Assembly: GCA_951406725.2 (NCBI GenBank)
Contig: OX597832.1
Span: 35,774,001-35,838,000 of the forward strand
Length of the DNA: 64,000 nt
Direction: 5' to 3'
Origin: Octopus vulgaris
Lineage: Eukaryota
Position numbers and translations under genes: made by a program. The notes under the pieces are model-generated. The model was not told where the DNA came from and did no database searches. It worked only from the letters and a program-made list of their open reading frames with translations. Position 1 is the stretch's first letter; every line of letters starts with the position of its first letter. Shown here one piece after another: positions 27,240 to 39,779 of this stretch.

Positions 27240-28160
27240 TGCCAGTTCCTTCACCACCTGGTCCCATGTCTTCCTGGGTTTGCCTCTACCACAGCTTCCC
27301 TTTACAGTTACAGATTGGCACTTCTTCACTCAGCTGTCCTCGTCCATACACATCACATGTCAATGCAGCCATACACATCACATGCCAGTGCAATCATCTC
27401 TCTTGCACACCACATCTGATGCCTTTTATGTCCAACTTTTCTCTCGGGATGCTTACACTCTGTCATACATGTACACTGACATTGCACATCCAGCAAAGCA
27501 TACTAGCTTCATTTCTTTCAAGCGTACACATGTCCTCAGTAGTCACAGCTCATGTTTCACTGCCATGTAGCATAGCTGTTAGCACACAGGCATCATACAG
27601 TCTGCCTTTCACTCTGAGGGAGAGGCCATTTGTTGTCAACAGAGGTAGGAGCTCTCTGAACTTTGCCCAGCCTATTCTTTTTCTCTGCTGAGTTGGTCAC
27701 CTAGATGATGGGAGCTATCTACTACCTCTAGTTTACTACACTGGCAGTTAATAAAGTCTATTTTCTGTACATTTTTAATGTTTATTGTATCCACACGCAA
27801 AAACTATTTTTCCAGTTAACTTCCTCTGATATTGCTGTATCTCATATGTGTCCATAGCTTGCACTGGGCACATCTTATGGAGTTTCTACCTACGCCTTTT
27901 CTACACATTGAGTAGGTCCACCTGCCCGAAGGGATTTGTGATTTGTCCACCTTCCTACTTACTAAGACTTTGGTTTTTTTGCTAGGTTAACTCTAAGGCC
28001 CTTTAATTCTAGACCTTGCTTCCAAGCCTGAAACTTCTTCTCTAGATCTGGTAGTGATTTGACCCTAAGAGCAAGGTCGTCAGCACAGAGGAATTGCTAG
28101 GGGCAGCCCATCTTAAATTCCCCTGTTATTGTCTGCACTTGAAAAATTCTATGGAAAAAT
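27240..28160 (-). mobile_element. RTE-clade LINE, 3' RT/C-terminal fragments, followed by a family E tail (27080-27230)
   Basis: Minus strand reads GWAKFRELLPLLTTNGLSLRVKGRLYDACV...LERNEASMLCWMCNVSV, typical of the RTE post-RT region. Confidence 0.8.
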
Positions 28161-28766
28161 CTATTTCCCACTGAGGTTACAAATGGGTCTTTTATGAAAT
28201 ATTTACCGTATTTTTAAAGTCATTTTCACTTCAAAGTATTTTTTAAATACGCAAAAAAAAATGTTTTTGTAATGATATGCACTTGAAAATAATTAAAAAA
28301 AAAAAAAATTGTCTCTTTAAAGAAAGCTCAAATATAAATACGTTCTGTACAAACAACTTACTGTTTTGAAATCCCATTCACTTAAAAATATTTCAAAATG
28401 ATTAAAATATTGTCTTTAACAAAATCGAAAATAGAAACATTTACTGTAAAGAAATAAATCATATTTTTTTGCTGTCAAGTCAGTGTCTAATCGAAAGATA
28501 AGAGTTTCTTCCCTTTCAGGATTAAGATTACTTTTGGAATATTTTCCCATTATGCACCATTTTGAGTATTTATACCCCAAAAAACCTTTAATATCTTAAA
28601 AACCACTTGTCAGATTTACACAAAACTTTTTTTTTATTCCGTTTGTATTAACATTTCAGGGTAAACTTAATTCATAGTATTTTCCCCATTATGCGCCAGT
28701 TTGGCTGGGTAACATTGCAAGCAAGCAAGCAAGATTAAAACTGACTTTTAATGTATTCTATATATA

Positions 28767-28809
<43 letters not shown>

Positions 28810-29281
28810 CATCATCATCATTTAATGTCCATCTTCCATGCTGGCATAAGTGCATAAGTTGGACAGTTTGAAAATATATATATATACATACAAACACATA
28901 TATATGTACATGTATATATATAAGTATGTAATATACATATATGTGTATGTATGTGTATATATATATATATACACACAAAAAAAATTAGAAGTACTAGTTT
29001 TTTGAAGAAAGATAAAAAGAAACTGACACACATTCTCCAAATTCAATCTATCAATGGCACAGTGAAGATTTGTAAGACATTTCAAAGATTCACCATCTGA
29101 GATTCTTTAGATGAATTGATGCTCGTATTTGGCATGTACATAAACAGCTCAACCAACACACCACCTCAGTCACGTATTAACAAACACTGATAACTTTCTT
29201 AACTTAAAAAGTCTTGTTGCTTTGTTAGTGATTCGCTTGAACCTTCTTAAGGAGAACTTAGATAAAACTCTAACAAACAAC

Positions 29282-29378
29282 AAATAACTTTATTTGCCTT
29301 GAGCTATATGTATGTATACATACATATGCTTCATATGTATGTATACATACATATGCTTCAAGGCAAATAAAGTTATTT
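29282..29378. repeat. nested fold-back palindrome
   Basis: 21-bp arms AAATAACTTTATTTGCCTTGA / TCAAGGCAAATAAAGTTATTT enclosing two copies of the palindrome ATATGTATGTATACATACATAT. Confidence 0.85.
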
Positions 29379-29609
29379 TAAATAACATACAAAATATATT
29401 CACAAGTGATTATAAGTATTTTTGTCTCCTGGGACAGCAGATCCCAGCTTAGAGGCAATTGGTACTAATTCCAAATGTGTAGGGAAGATAATCTCAAAAA
29501 GAAGGAATTCTCCAAACATGGTATGTTATTGAGGAAAAGCCAGTCTGATTGTTTGGAGATAAGAGGACAGCAGTAGGCACATGTTTCTGTTTTAATAATC
29601 ATCAGCAGC

Positions 29610-29940
29610 GATAAACTGGTACTCTGTCAGTTACGATGACGAGGGTTCCAGTTGATCCGATCAATTGAACAGCCTGCTCATGAAATTAATATGCATGTGG
29701 CTGAGTACTCCACAGACATATGTTCCCTTAATGTAGTTCTTAGGGAGATCCAGCATGACACAGAGCAAGACAAGGACAGCCCTTTGAAATACAGGTACTA
29801 TTCGTTTTTGCCAGCTGAGATGACTGGAGCAATGTGAAATAAAGTGTCTTGCTCAAGGCTACAATGCACCGCAGAGAATTGAACTCACAACTTTGTGATC
29901 ATGAGCCAAATACCCTAACCACTAAGCCATGTGCCTTCAC
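29610..29940 (-). mobile_element. tRNA-derived SINE family B
   Basis: Reverse complement of the 21553-21865 element. Confidence 0.8.
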
Positions 29941-30632
29941 TTATTAGCAATAGACCTACTTTATCATCAGTAGCTGAGACATATTCAAGAAAGAGCAGAA
30001 CACTTGTATACACTTAGCATGTATAAAATAGTTTAGAAAACATTTATGCTTTAGATAATTTGCATAAATGAAAGGAAAGAAACTAGAGTGGCCACTGGAA
30101 TATATTTGAATGGTGATGTCAAAAAAGTTTATGTTAAATAACATGCAAAATAAATCCTGGATTTATTAAAAACATCTCTGCTTCTAGAGAAGGGAGACCG
30201 ACCCTTCAGTGGCAATTGATACAGGGAAATAATCACAAGAATTCTCCCAAAATTAAAGAAGACAATCAGATTGTCTGAAAACAAGAGGATAACTGTAACG
30301 AGTTGTGTGATAATTGTTATCCTTTTACAAGTGTTACCAATCTTCCATGTGTGTGTGTGTGTGTGTGTGTCATGCACTTAATGTGGATGACTGTCACCAT
30401 TATACATTCATTTGCGATCTATGAAATCATGGTCAGCTATGTTTGTTGTGCATGTTCAATGTGCTTGGGAAAATATTACGTTACTTGGAAATCAGGGAAT
30501 GTTGGGGACGTGAAGTACATTTCACCAAGCTACCTCAATGATTTTCATTTGAGTCAGATAAGCAAAGAAAAGCACATGTCAAAAAAATTATGATGATAAT
30601 ATAGATATATGTATATATTTATATCTATCTGT

Positions 30633-31826
30633 ATAGGTTATGAGAAATATTTGAGGAAATTATCAGTATTTTAATCTCATCAAACCAACTAAAAATTTTT
30701 ATTTCTTTCAGATCTCCCATGGCAGATAAAATGTTCACATATGAAATGAAAAGATATGCAGTCATTGTTGCCTTATTTGCAGAAATTTAAAAATTGCCAG
30801 CTTTCTCAATGTTACAAGAATTTTTGAAGATAAAGTTCAGATAGAATTGGAAGGTTTTAATTATATCAAAGAACGTGGTGGTGGTGGGGGAGACACATTC
30901 TAAAAGTTCAGACATTGTGAAGACACCACAATTCATCCAAGAAAACCAATGAGATCATTTTCAAAGAACTTCAGGTGTCAGAGTGAACTACCTGAACTGC
31001 AGTTCATAAGGACATTCAATGCAAGTCCTATGTACTGAGCCGGGGGGGGGGGGGCTAATTCATGTCTGCAAAGATACAGGAAAACTATTAGAGCCATACC
31101 AAATGGTTACTTAAGGTTAAAAATCCTCATCAAAATGGCATGCTTTGGTTCTTCTCTGATGAGAAAAACATCAACCAAGACCAAAAGTCTAACAGGAGAA
31201 ATTATACGCAGATCCTTCTGATGTACTTAGAGTGGTGCACACACACAGTTTCCAGCAATTGTGATAGTTTTAAGAGTGGTGAGTAACCAAGCTCGTGTTA
31301 TGTCACCTCACAACTTTCCACAGGATCTTAGAACTAATGTTGCTGGATTTGTTGGGGTTACTGAAGATAGTTGTTAAGCTCTGGCTGGATAAAGTACACA
31401 GTGCAACACCATACATGTTTCAACAAGACTCAGCAACTTCTCAAAAACCCATGTAACCCAAGAATGGATGTTGCACAATCTTTACGATCATATAACATTA
31501 ATTGTAGCCTTTAAACTCATCATATTTAAATTCCATGGACTATTATTCTTGAAGTGTTATTGAAAATGAAATTAATCAACATCCTCACACTGCCACAGCT
31601 TCACTGAAGACTGTCATTGTTTCACTGATATTCCCGGTGGCAGACGATATGCCAAAGACTCTGGGCTGGCATTTGAAGCAGTCATTGATGCTCCAAATAA
31701 ACCTTATAAGAAAGTTTATCAAGGATAGGTGCACAAGTTATATTAAAATACATTTGGTTTTGCTAGATAAAAGTGGTTTCATTAAATTTGCAAATATGTC
31801 TTCAAATAATTCTTAAACCTCTCTAT
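30633..31826 (+). mobile_element. Tc1/mariner DD37D (maT) element, decayed, near full length
   Basis: WFFSDEKNINQDQKSNRRN, YMFQQDSA and NSMDYY motifs; degenerate TIRs with TATTTGAGGA similar to the 8.7-9.6 kb copy. Confidence 0.8.
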
Positions 31827-32043
31827 ATTTAGAATAAAAGCAGAAATTTGATATATAATTCATTATTTAAAACAAACACGGCCATCATGCTGCTCCCTAT
31901 AGCTTCATCATGATCCTAGCTCAAGGGTTTTTCATCATCGAGGTTTACCTCTCTAGGGTGATTATTTTAGTCTGAATCTTGGCCCTTCACCTGTCTGGCG
32001 TAGATGAATTTCTGCCAGGATAGTTCTTGGGATCAATTGGAGG

Positions 32044-32310
32044 GGAGAGTCATTCTCTTTTAGTGTCTTATAACTTAACACACTCACAGGTAAAATTTCC
32101 ACTCATTTACTTATTTATTTTTCTAAAATTTTCATTGTTTCTTGCAACCTTTTCAATAGTTGCTGCTTGGATAATGGACAGAGTCAACAACTATTTTAAA
32201 ATTTGCAAGATGCAATGAAAAGTTTAGAAAAATAAATGAGTAAATGTATGGAAACTTTACCAGTGAGTGTGTTAAGTTACAAGGCACTAAAAGAGAATGA
32301 CTCTCCAGAC
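32044..32310. mobile_element. fold-back element with HHR-like motif (U3-A8 core)
   Basis: Inverted arms of about 118 bp beside (TA)n; minus 32123-32159 reads CTA-TTGAAAA-g-GTTGcaagaaaCAAT-GAAA-at-TT-TAG. Confidence 0.75.
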
Positions 32311-32316
32311 ATAACA

Positions 32317-32377
<61 letters not shown>

Positions 32378-32964
32378 CACACTAGCAGCTAAGCCCGTTT
32401 CACTTGGTCAGTTTGAATGATGTGGCTGTAAAACAAGCATGATGGTGGCTAGTAACTGGAAGGGCATCTGGCCATAGAATATTCCAACCCAATGGATTTC
32501 ATCTGACTCATGCAGACATGCATGCACACCCATCCATCCATCCATCCATCCATCCATATAACTAAATGAAACCTTCATCATCATTGTTTTAACATCCACT
32601 TTTCTTTTGCATGTTAGCACGAGTCAGACAGAGTTCATTGAGCCAGATTTCCTACCAAGTAATGTGGTATTTCTTTATTCTCAGACATGTTTCCTGGAAG
32701 TCGGAACAGAATGAAACCGCTTGTATGACAGTGATACTCGTTTACATCAATTGCATGATATCAAGAAAAGGAAACATAAACACACACACACACACGCACG
32801 CACACACAAAACTACTGTCAGACAAATGGTCATATGAAACTCTGAGTAGCAGTTTGTGAAGATTTTTTCCAGTTTTCATAAATAGTATATTAGTCTATTT
32901 TTGGTATTCGGGTACTATTTTTTCCACCTTGTTTTGCATCTATGTGTTTATTTGTGTGTAATAT

Positions 32965-33008
<44 letters not shown>

Positions 33009-33009
<1 letters not shown>

Positions 33010-33091
33010 TAGCATTAAAGACCTGTCGTTGCTGGGTCATAGTGCTAGTGCATGTATATATGTGTACATATGTGTACATATTACATGTACA

Positions 33092-33135
<44 letters not shown>

Positions 33136-33722
33136 TACACATAAAATGCAAAATACAAAGTTATATCTTGATATTGCTAGTGATAACAATACTCAAAATA
33201 TATAACAGACTGGAATTGTTAGCTCTTCTTTTTTCGCTACATTGTATACTTTATAGACAATAGTCTTTTCTTTAATTTAATTTTTTATTATCCATCTGGA
33301 CTATTCCATTTCTGCACGCTAATTTTATTTTTAATTTAATTCCCATTCATGTGAAACCACTTATTCAAGTGCAATTTTATACCAATTGCTATTTTTACTT
33401 ATATTATACTTTAGTTTGATTTTAATTATTACTTACTACATATAATTCAGTTGTTATTATTATTTTTATTGTTAAAGTGAAAGCATCTGACATAAAATAG
33501 AGAAATGTTTTTGTTTCAATTTTAACACGTAATACTGAAATAGTGGAGAAGATATGATATTGCTATGGGCTCGCTCTAGGCAAGAAGTTGAACATTTTTT
33601 TTGCCCATGAAACTACATGGACCCTAAGTAAGGCATGTGTAAAATTTGAATGAAATTGGTTGTGTAGTTCTCAAGTTTTAGGGAAACACACAGACAGACA
33701 CACATTCTCAGTTATATATATA
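33009..33722 (-). mobile_element. non-autonomous Helitron, decayed
   Basis: Minus 3' end GACCCAGCAACGACAGGTC hairpin then CTAG|T; 5' end TATATATAA-CTGAGAATGTGTGTCTGTCTG. Confidence 0.7.
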
Positions 33723-33957
33723 TAAAAATATATATGATAATAATCATAATAATCATAATAATAATAATTTGGGAATTTGCGTGTGTAATCTGGGAATGCA
33801 TACAATAAGCTTCTCTGCCCTTGGTGTACGGAAAACACTCGGCGAGAAATGGAAGAAAATTTGCAGAAAGATGGAAAGAAAAAACAATAAGAATGATAAT
33901 AAAAAAATTACAAGAATGAGACGGTGATATTAGGTAAATATAGGAATTTCTATATCC

Positions 33958-34142
33958 ATGTATAGTTTAGGACAATCAGTAAGTTGTCATAATAGGACTC
34001 AAATGCCAGAGCTAAGAGCTACGATGCATCCTCATCGGCTCTTGTTACAATAGCCAATGAGAATGCATCATAGCTCTTAGCTCTGGCATTTGAAACTCTG
34101 AGTCCTATTATGACAACTTACTGATCGTCCTAAACTATACAT
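33958..34142. mobile_element. fold-back element with HHR motif
   Basis: Inverted arms of about 85-90 bp; right arm 34049-34109 reads AATAG-CCAATGA-GAATGC...GCATTT-GAAA-CTCtGAG-TC-CTATT; left arm has CCGATGA but lacks GAAACTCT. Confidence 0.75.
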
Positions 34143-34212
34143 ACATATATATAGATAAACTTACTTGGAAATGGATGCGTGGCGGTCAATCAAATAATAA
34201 TATAATATATAT

Positions 34213-34368
34213 ATATATTACATACATATAAGAGGGATGACCACTAAGTGGACATCCAATATGCTAGAAGTCGACCACATATTGAATGACCACTAAGAAA
34301 AGATTGTTCTCAAGAAAATTCAGCAAACGCCACTTCGTGGTCATCCCTCTTATATATATGTAATATAT
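34213..34368. repeat. short TA-flanked fold-back
   Basis: ATATAAGAGGGATGACCACTAAGTGG / CCACTTCGTGGTCATCCCTCTTATAT. Confidence 0.8.
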
Positions 34369-34484
34369 TTTTTCTGAATCTTCAGATTTTTTTAATATGC
34401 TAGGCCACTGGTTTAAATTGATGTTAATCAAATTAATATTCAATTTTTTTTACTCTTATTATTTAAATTTATATATATATATAA

Positions 34485-34805
34485 GGGTAAAGACCCCCTT
34501 CGGTCATGAATGACCATGGGATTGCACCTAGAAAGTTACCCTCCTAGACACAAGTCCGGGCAAGGTTGTTTATGGAAGACCAGCAGTCGCCCATGCATAC
34601 CAGCCTCCCCTCTCCACGCCACCAGTGTTATCCAAGGGAAAGACAAAGGTCGATACAGCTTGGCACCAGTGACGTCGCAACTCATTTCTACAGCTGAGTG
34701 AACTGGAGCAACGTGAAATAAAGTGCCTTGCTTAAGAACACAACACGCAGCCCGGTCTGGGAATCGAGCTCACAACCTCACGATCGTAAGCTCGACGCTC
34801 TAACA
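34485..34805 (-). mobile_element. tRNA-derived SINE, family B-type head with a different 3' half
   Basis: Minus: GTGTTAGAGCGTCGAGCTTACGATCGTGAGGTTGTGAGCTCGATTCCC then GTTCTTAAGCAAGGCACTTTATTTC. Confidence 0.8.
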
Positions 34806-34809
34806 CTGA

Positions 34810-34844
<35 letters not shown>

Positions 34845-34981
34845 TTATATATATCTATATTGAGTGAGAAAATGGTACTTTCCCAGTGATACTCAGTTTA
34901 CCTACCATTATAAATAATACCAAATGTTCTTTCTCAAACCTTTCATAATGTGTTACAAGTCTTTGGTGTAGCAATTGCATG

Positions 34982-35060
34982 TGGCTGAAGAGGGCTTTTA
35001 AACTATCTGTTATGTCGATTATGAATAAGTTGTTTTATAAAGCTCGAAACATGTGTACCG
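34982..35060 (+). ncRNA. type I hammerhead ribozyme, canonical core, extended stem II
   Basis: TGG-CTGAAGA-GGGCTTT...AAAGCTC-GAAA-CATGTG-TA-CCG; lies in a roughly 240-bp element between (TA)n tracts. Confidence 0.75.
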
Positions 35061-35155
35061 TGACATCCTTTGTGTCCTGTTTTTCATTTTAATTCGTTTG
35101 ATACATATATATATATATATAGATAGATAGATAGATAGATAGATATATATATGTA

Positions 35156-35204
<49 letters not shown>

Positions 35205-35243
35205 GTATATATGTGTATATATATATGTATATATATATATGTA

Positions 35244-35282
<39 letters not shown>

Positions 35283-35335
35283 GTTTAAATATTTGTTGTG
35301 CAAGATTTTTTATGTAAAGTCGTGTGTTGAAACAG

Positions 35336-35648
35336 ATATTGTTATATTTCGGAATGGTCATTTTGCCAGTTTAGCCAATAAAAACACACGCACTATATAT
35401 TTGGTATTACTTTGCTTCAGTGTTATTTATTTTTTACATTAATCTTAATCATATTTTGGCCAGAGTTCTTTCGTCACACTCCTGTGACCGCATCAGTGGT
35501 CCTTTGTTTTCTTCTCACTTATTTGTGTCTCTCCTTACTAACCGTCAGCCATTTTGTATATATAAATAACACTGAAGCAAAGTAACACCAAATATATAGT
35601 GCGTGTGTTTTTATTGGCTAAACTGGCAAAATGACCATTCCGAAATAT

Positions 35649-35656
<8 letters not shown>
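35336..35656. mobile_element. (TA)n-flanked fold-back element with HHR-like motif in the spacer
   Basis: Near-perfect inverted arms of about 95 bp; minus 35460-35499 reads CCA-CTGATGC-g-GTCACaggagtGTGAC-GAAA-gaac-TC-TGG; related sequence at 40930-41170. Confidence 0.75.
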
Positions 35657-35698
<42 letters not shown>

Positions 35699-35736
35699 GT
35701 GTATGATGATGATATACATATATGTATATATATATG

Positions 35737-35769
<33 letters not shown>

Positions 35770-35778
35770 TCATATATG

Positions 35779-35809
<31 letters not shown>

Positions 35810-35917
35810 GTATATATATACATATATGTATATATATATATACATATATATATACATATATGTATATATATATATGTGTGTGTGTGTGCATATATATATA
35901 TGTATATGTACATACGT

Positions 35918-35951
<34 letters not shown>

Positions 35952-35954
35952 GCA

Positions 35955-36340
35955 TACATGGGTACAAGACGTCACAAACTGTAAACAACATGAAAATACG
36001 AAAAGAAAAGAACTGAATACATAAACAATGAGAGAAACATGGGAAACAGGACAAGCAACATAAAGAACGACCCTTCATCAGTTGTCGGCTGTCCATCCTC
36101 CACTGTCCTGTTGTTGTTACCAACTTTAACCCTCGGCAAATTCCAAATTTTATTTTGGTTTGCAGGAGCATCTGTTGTTCAATGCTCGAAGTGAGGAGTA
36201 GATGGACAGGCGACAACTGATGAAGGGTCGTTCTTTGTGTTACTTGTCCTGTTTTCCATGGGTTTCTCTCGTCGTTTATGTATTCAACTTGTTTTCGTAT
36301 TTCATGTTGTTTACGATTTGTGACGTCCTGTACGCATACA
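35955..36340. mobile_element. (TA)n-flanked fold-back element
   Basis: Inverted arms of about 140 bp (GTACAAGACGTCAC...GTCCATC / GATGGAC...GTGACGTCCTGTAC); each arm contains CTGATGAAGGG. Confidence 0.8.
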
Positions 36341-36408
36341 TGCGCATATATATGTGTGTTTGTATACATATATTATTTATATTATACACACACACACACA
36401 CACATATT

Positions 36409-36468
<60 letters not shown>

Positions 36469-36494
36469 TATACATTATATATATATATATATGC

Positions 36495-36662
36495 ATCATC
36501 ATCATCATCGTCGTTTAGCGTCCGCTTTCCATGCTGGCATGGGTTGGATGGTTCAACTGGGGTCTGGGAAGCCAGAAGGCTGCACCAGGCCCATTTTGAT
36601 CTGGCAATGTTTCTACGGCTGGATGCCCTTCCTAACGCCAAGCACTCCATGAGTGTAGTGGG
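36495..36662 (-). mobile_element. family E SINE/LINE tail
   Basis: Reverse complement of 17470-17628. Confidence 0.75.
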
Positions 36663-36666
36663 TTAA

Positions 36667-36706
<40 letters not shown>

Positions 36707-39700
36707 TATGTATATAATACATTTATATATATATACATATATATGTACAATAAATATGTATATATATGTGTGTATACATAGTATACAACACACACACACA
36801 CATATACATACATATGTATGCATAAACACACACAGAGAAAATGTTGATGTTGAGTGTTGCTGTTGTTATCATTATGATCCACTCAGTACTGAGCTGACAA
36901 TCCTCTAATGAAAGATATTCTAACCATGATTAACCCTGCGCTTTTCTGCCTCTCCAACTCCATTCTTATATGCGTTGCCTTTTTCTTTATTTTATACAGT
37001 TTTCTTATGGAAGTATACTTAAACTGTTTGGATAACATTTTAAAGCTTTCTTTATTAACTCCTTTTAGTTTTTCCTTTTGTTTTGCTTCTTTACAAACGG
37101 GTTGGTCTGGAGAAAGGGACTAATACCATTCTCTTTTATCTAGGGACCTCTTTCATTCCTATTTCACTAGGATGGCCCCTCGTAGCCATTCAATGTTAAA
37201 AGCCTATGGGTTGCCAGAAAGCACACACAAACACACACACTCTCTCTTTCTCTTGCGTGCTCGTATATAGATAGATAAATTGTCCAGTTAAACCTTACCA
37301 CCTAAACCTAGGGTTTCTTTATCAGAGTCCACTCAGTTGCAAACAATTTGGGCAGAGGCTGCGATTTACCCACCTCCACCCATCTGTCTCAGGGAGGCAG
37401 AGCCCTCCTCCTCCTTTATCAAAATATTGTAGTGCTGCTACTCTATATAGCGGTGGTGGTTGTACTGTCAGATAATTCTACCTGTTGATATCTAAGTTAT
37501 TTTGGTGATATTTTTGTTGTTACTGGAAGAGTGCACCTGTTACCCACAGACCGCGGAGGTGAGAGCAGACTGTTATTATACTAACGACGTTGTTAATGAT
37601 GACGATGATGATGATGATGATGATAATGGTGACGACAGAGGTGAAAGTGGTGAGGGTGTTCATCGTGTCAGGTTGGAATTAGACTTCGCTATGCGTGCGT
37701 AGAAACACTGATATTCGCCCGTCGTAGTTCCCCCGTCTGTGTTTAGCCCCTTGTGGGTAGTAAAGAAATAGATATGACCCCACGTAAGAGTGAATGTGTT
37801 AGCTAAATGATACTAGCTTTTATGACAAGACAATGCACGCATAAGAATGTGACTGGGAATGTATAAACGATATAAAACAAGAGAGTAAACAAGTGTCTTG
37901 TTTGTTTACCAGTGTGTTGGTGCATGTATACGAGGGTGTGTATATATTGACAGACAGCTTCTTTGTATACAACAACGTGTGTGCGCACCATACACACACA
38001 CACGTAGATATCCTATGTATATACAGAGGTGTGTATTTCGTAATATTACATCCATTTGCGTCTATTCAACTATTTATGTCTGGTAAAAACCTACATATAC
38101 ATACAAACACGTGCAAATATACGCAAAATATACGCAAGCATACTTTGCTCTGAATATCTACGTCTGAACATAAAAATGTATAACAGAGATTTGCCTTTCT
38201 GTGTTTATACACACGGTAGACACACGTGTTGGCAGACATGTGTCTAATAGCAAATTGTATGTTAGGACAGGTAAATATGTCAACTTACCTGTATTATCCT
38301 ACTCATGAGGTTGGTAGAAGTTTGGCGAATATCTTCAACTCCGTGCTGCTTCCACAACAATTTCAACAACATAACAAGGGATATTTCTTACGGAGCTTCC
38401 TCCTCTCTTCCATCTACATGTCTGTCTGTCTGTCTGTCAAGAAGGGTGGACAGAAAGAGAGGAGGGAGGGAGGGGGGAAGGGCGGAGAGAGAGAGAGAGA
38501 GAGAGAGAGAAAAAAGAAGTTTAGGAGAGAGGGACAGATAAAGAGAGAGATGTGTGTAGCGATAGAAAGAGAGTAATAGAACAGAAGGCAGACAGATAGA
38601 GAAACATAGTTTAGTGATGATAGACAGAGCGATAGACAGACAAATCGATCGGTAGGCGAGGTTCAGATAATATTCCCTGCTTTCCAGTGTCAGCAAATAG
38701 GTAGAGAAAGTTTTATTCCATATCAAAGAGTAATGATATCAGAGAAGCATGTTGTGATGCTTTGAAGTGAGACAGTGGAAGGATGACCACGTCCACCACC
38801 TCTGTCCACTACCACTGCCACTGTCCATCACTACAACCACCAATGCCACCACCACCACTACCTCCACCGGCCGTAGCAGCATCCACAAGCAAACAGATAC
38901 ATGCTGTCGTCCATACCAGCAGTCCATGAAGGTGTCACATCCGCTAATTTTTTCTATATTTTCGTTTATCAGTAGTACTACATGGGAAGGCTGACGACAA
39001 CTACAAGAAGATGAAGCAGCTGAGGGGGATGGCTGGATGCTGGTTGCTGGTTTCCACTGAGATGACAACAACAATAGAGGCGGCAACGGCAAAGGATTCC
39101 GTATAAATCCATTAAGCATAGCAGTTGTTAGTGGAGGAAATAATAGAGTAGGGCAAAACAGATAGAAACCATGTGGTGTTCATACATACACGCATACACA
39201 CATGTATACATACACGCATACACGCAAACATACACACATACATACATACATACATACATACATACATACATACATACATACATACATACACACACATACA
39301 TGCATACATACGTACATACATACATACATACATACACACATACACGTTTATAAACATGTATACACACACATATATAGATATATATATATACATATGGATT
39401 CTTTGACGAATAAATATATATATTAAATTTCCTGAATTCAAGACTACCACGCATCTATCTATCTATCTGTCTGTCTGTCTGTCTGTCTGTGTGTCTAACC
39501 ATCTGTGGATGTATATATCTTTGCAAGTTGGGATGTAGGTTTTTAAATATGCCTTTGTTAAAGAACGAGCCAGAAAAGAAGTACTCAATAGAAACATTGA
39601 GTGCAGTAGTTTATTTTTGGCCTGCGTGTTATTCTGCAGTTTCCATGGTAATCAGCTGATTCTTCAGACAAATCATGTGTGTGTCTGTATACAAACACAC

Positions 39701-39735
39701 ACACATGCATGTATACCTATATATATATAAATAGT

Positions 39736-39778
<43 letters not shown>

Positions 39779-39779
<1 letters not shown>

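Noticed and set aside
36180-36240. CTGATGAAGGG in the arms of the 36 kb fold-back as a hammerhead
   Set aside because: No GAAA closes a stem II downstream, and a permuted arrangement does not give a paired stem I
35019-36908. Many overlapping 100-200 aa ORFs rich in YI/HT/CV dipeptides (also at 12.7-13.1, 39.1-39.4, 52.2-52.5 and 62.9-63.4 kb)
   Set aside because: They are translations of (TA)n, (CA)n and (TACA)n microsatellites that lack stop codons, not genes
38739-39119. 126-aa minus-strand ORF
   Set aside because: Low-complexity, partly trinucleotide-derived and without a recognisable domain; more likely UTR or promoter sequence
39630-39672. Minus-strand CTGAAGA...GAAACTGCAG hammerhead-like remnant
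   Set aside because: The core and palindromic stem III are present, but the UH site and stems I and II do not pair; at most a broken relic
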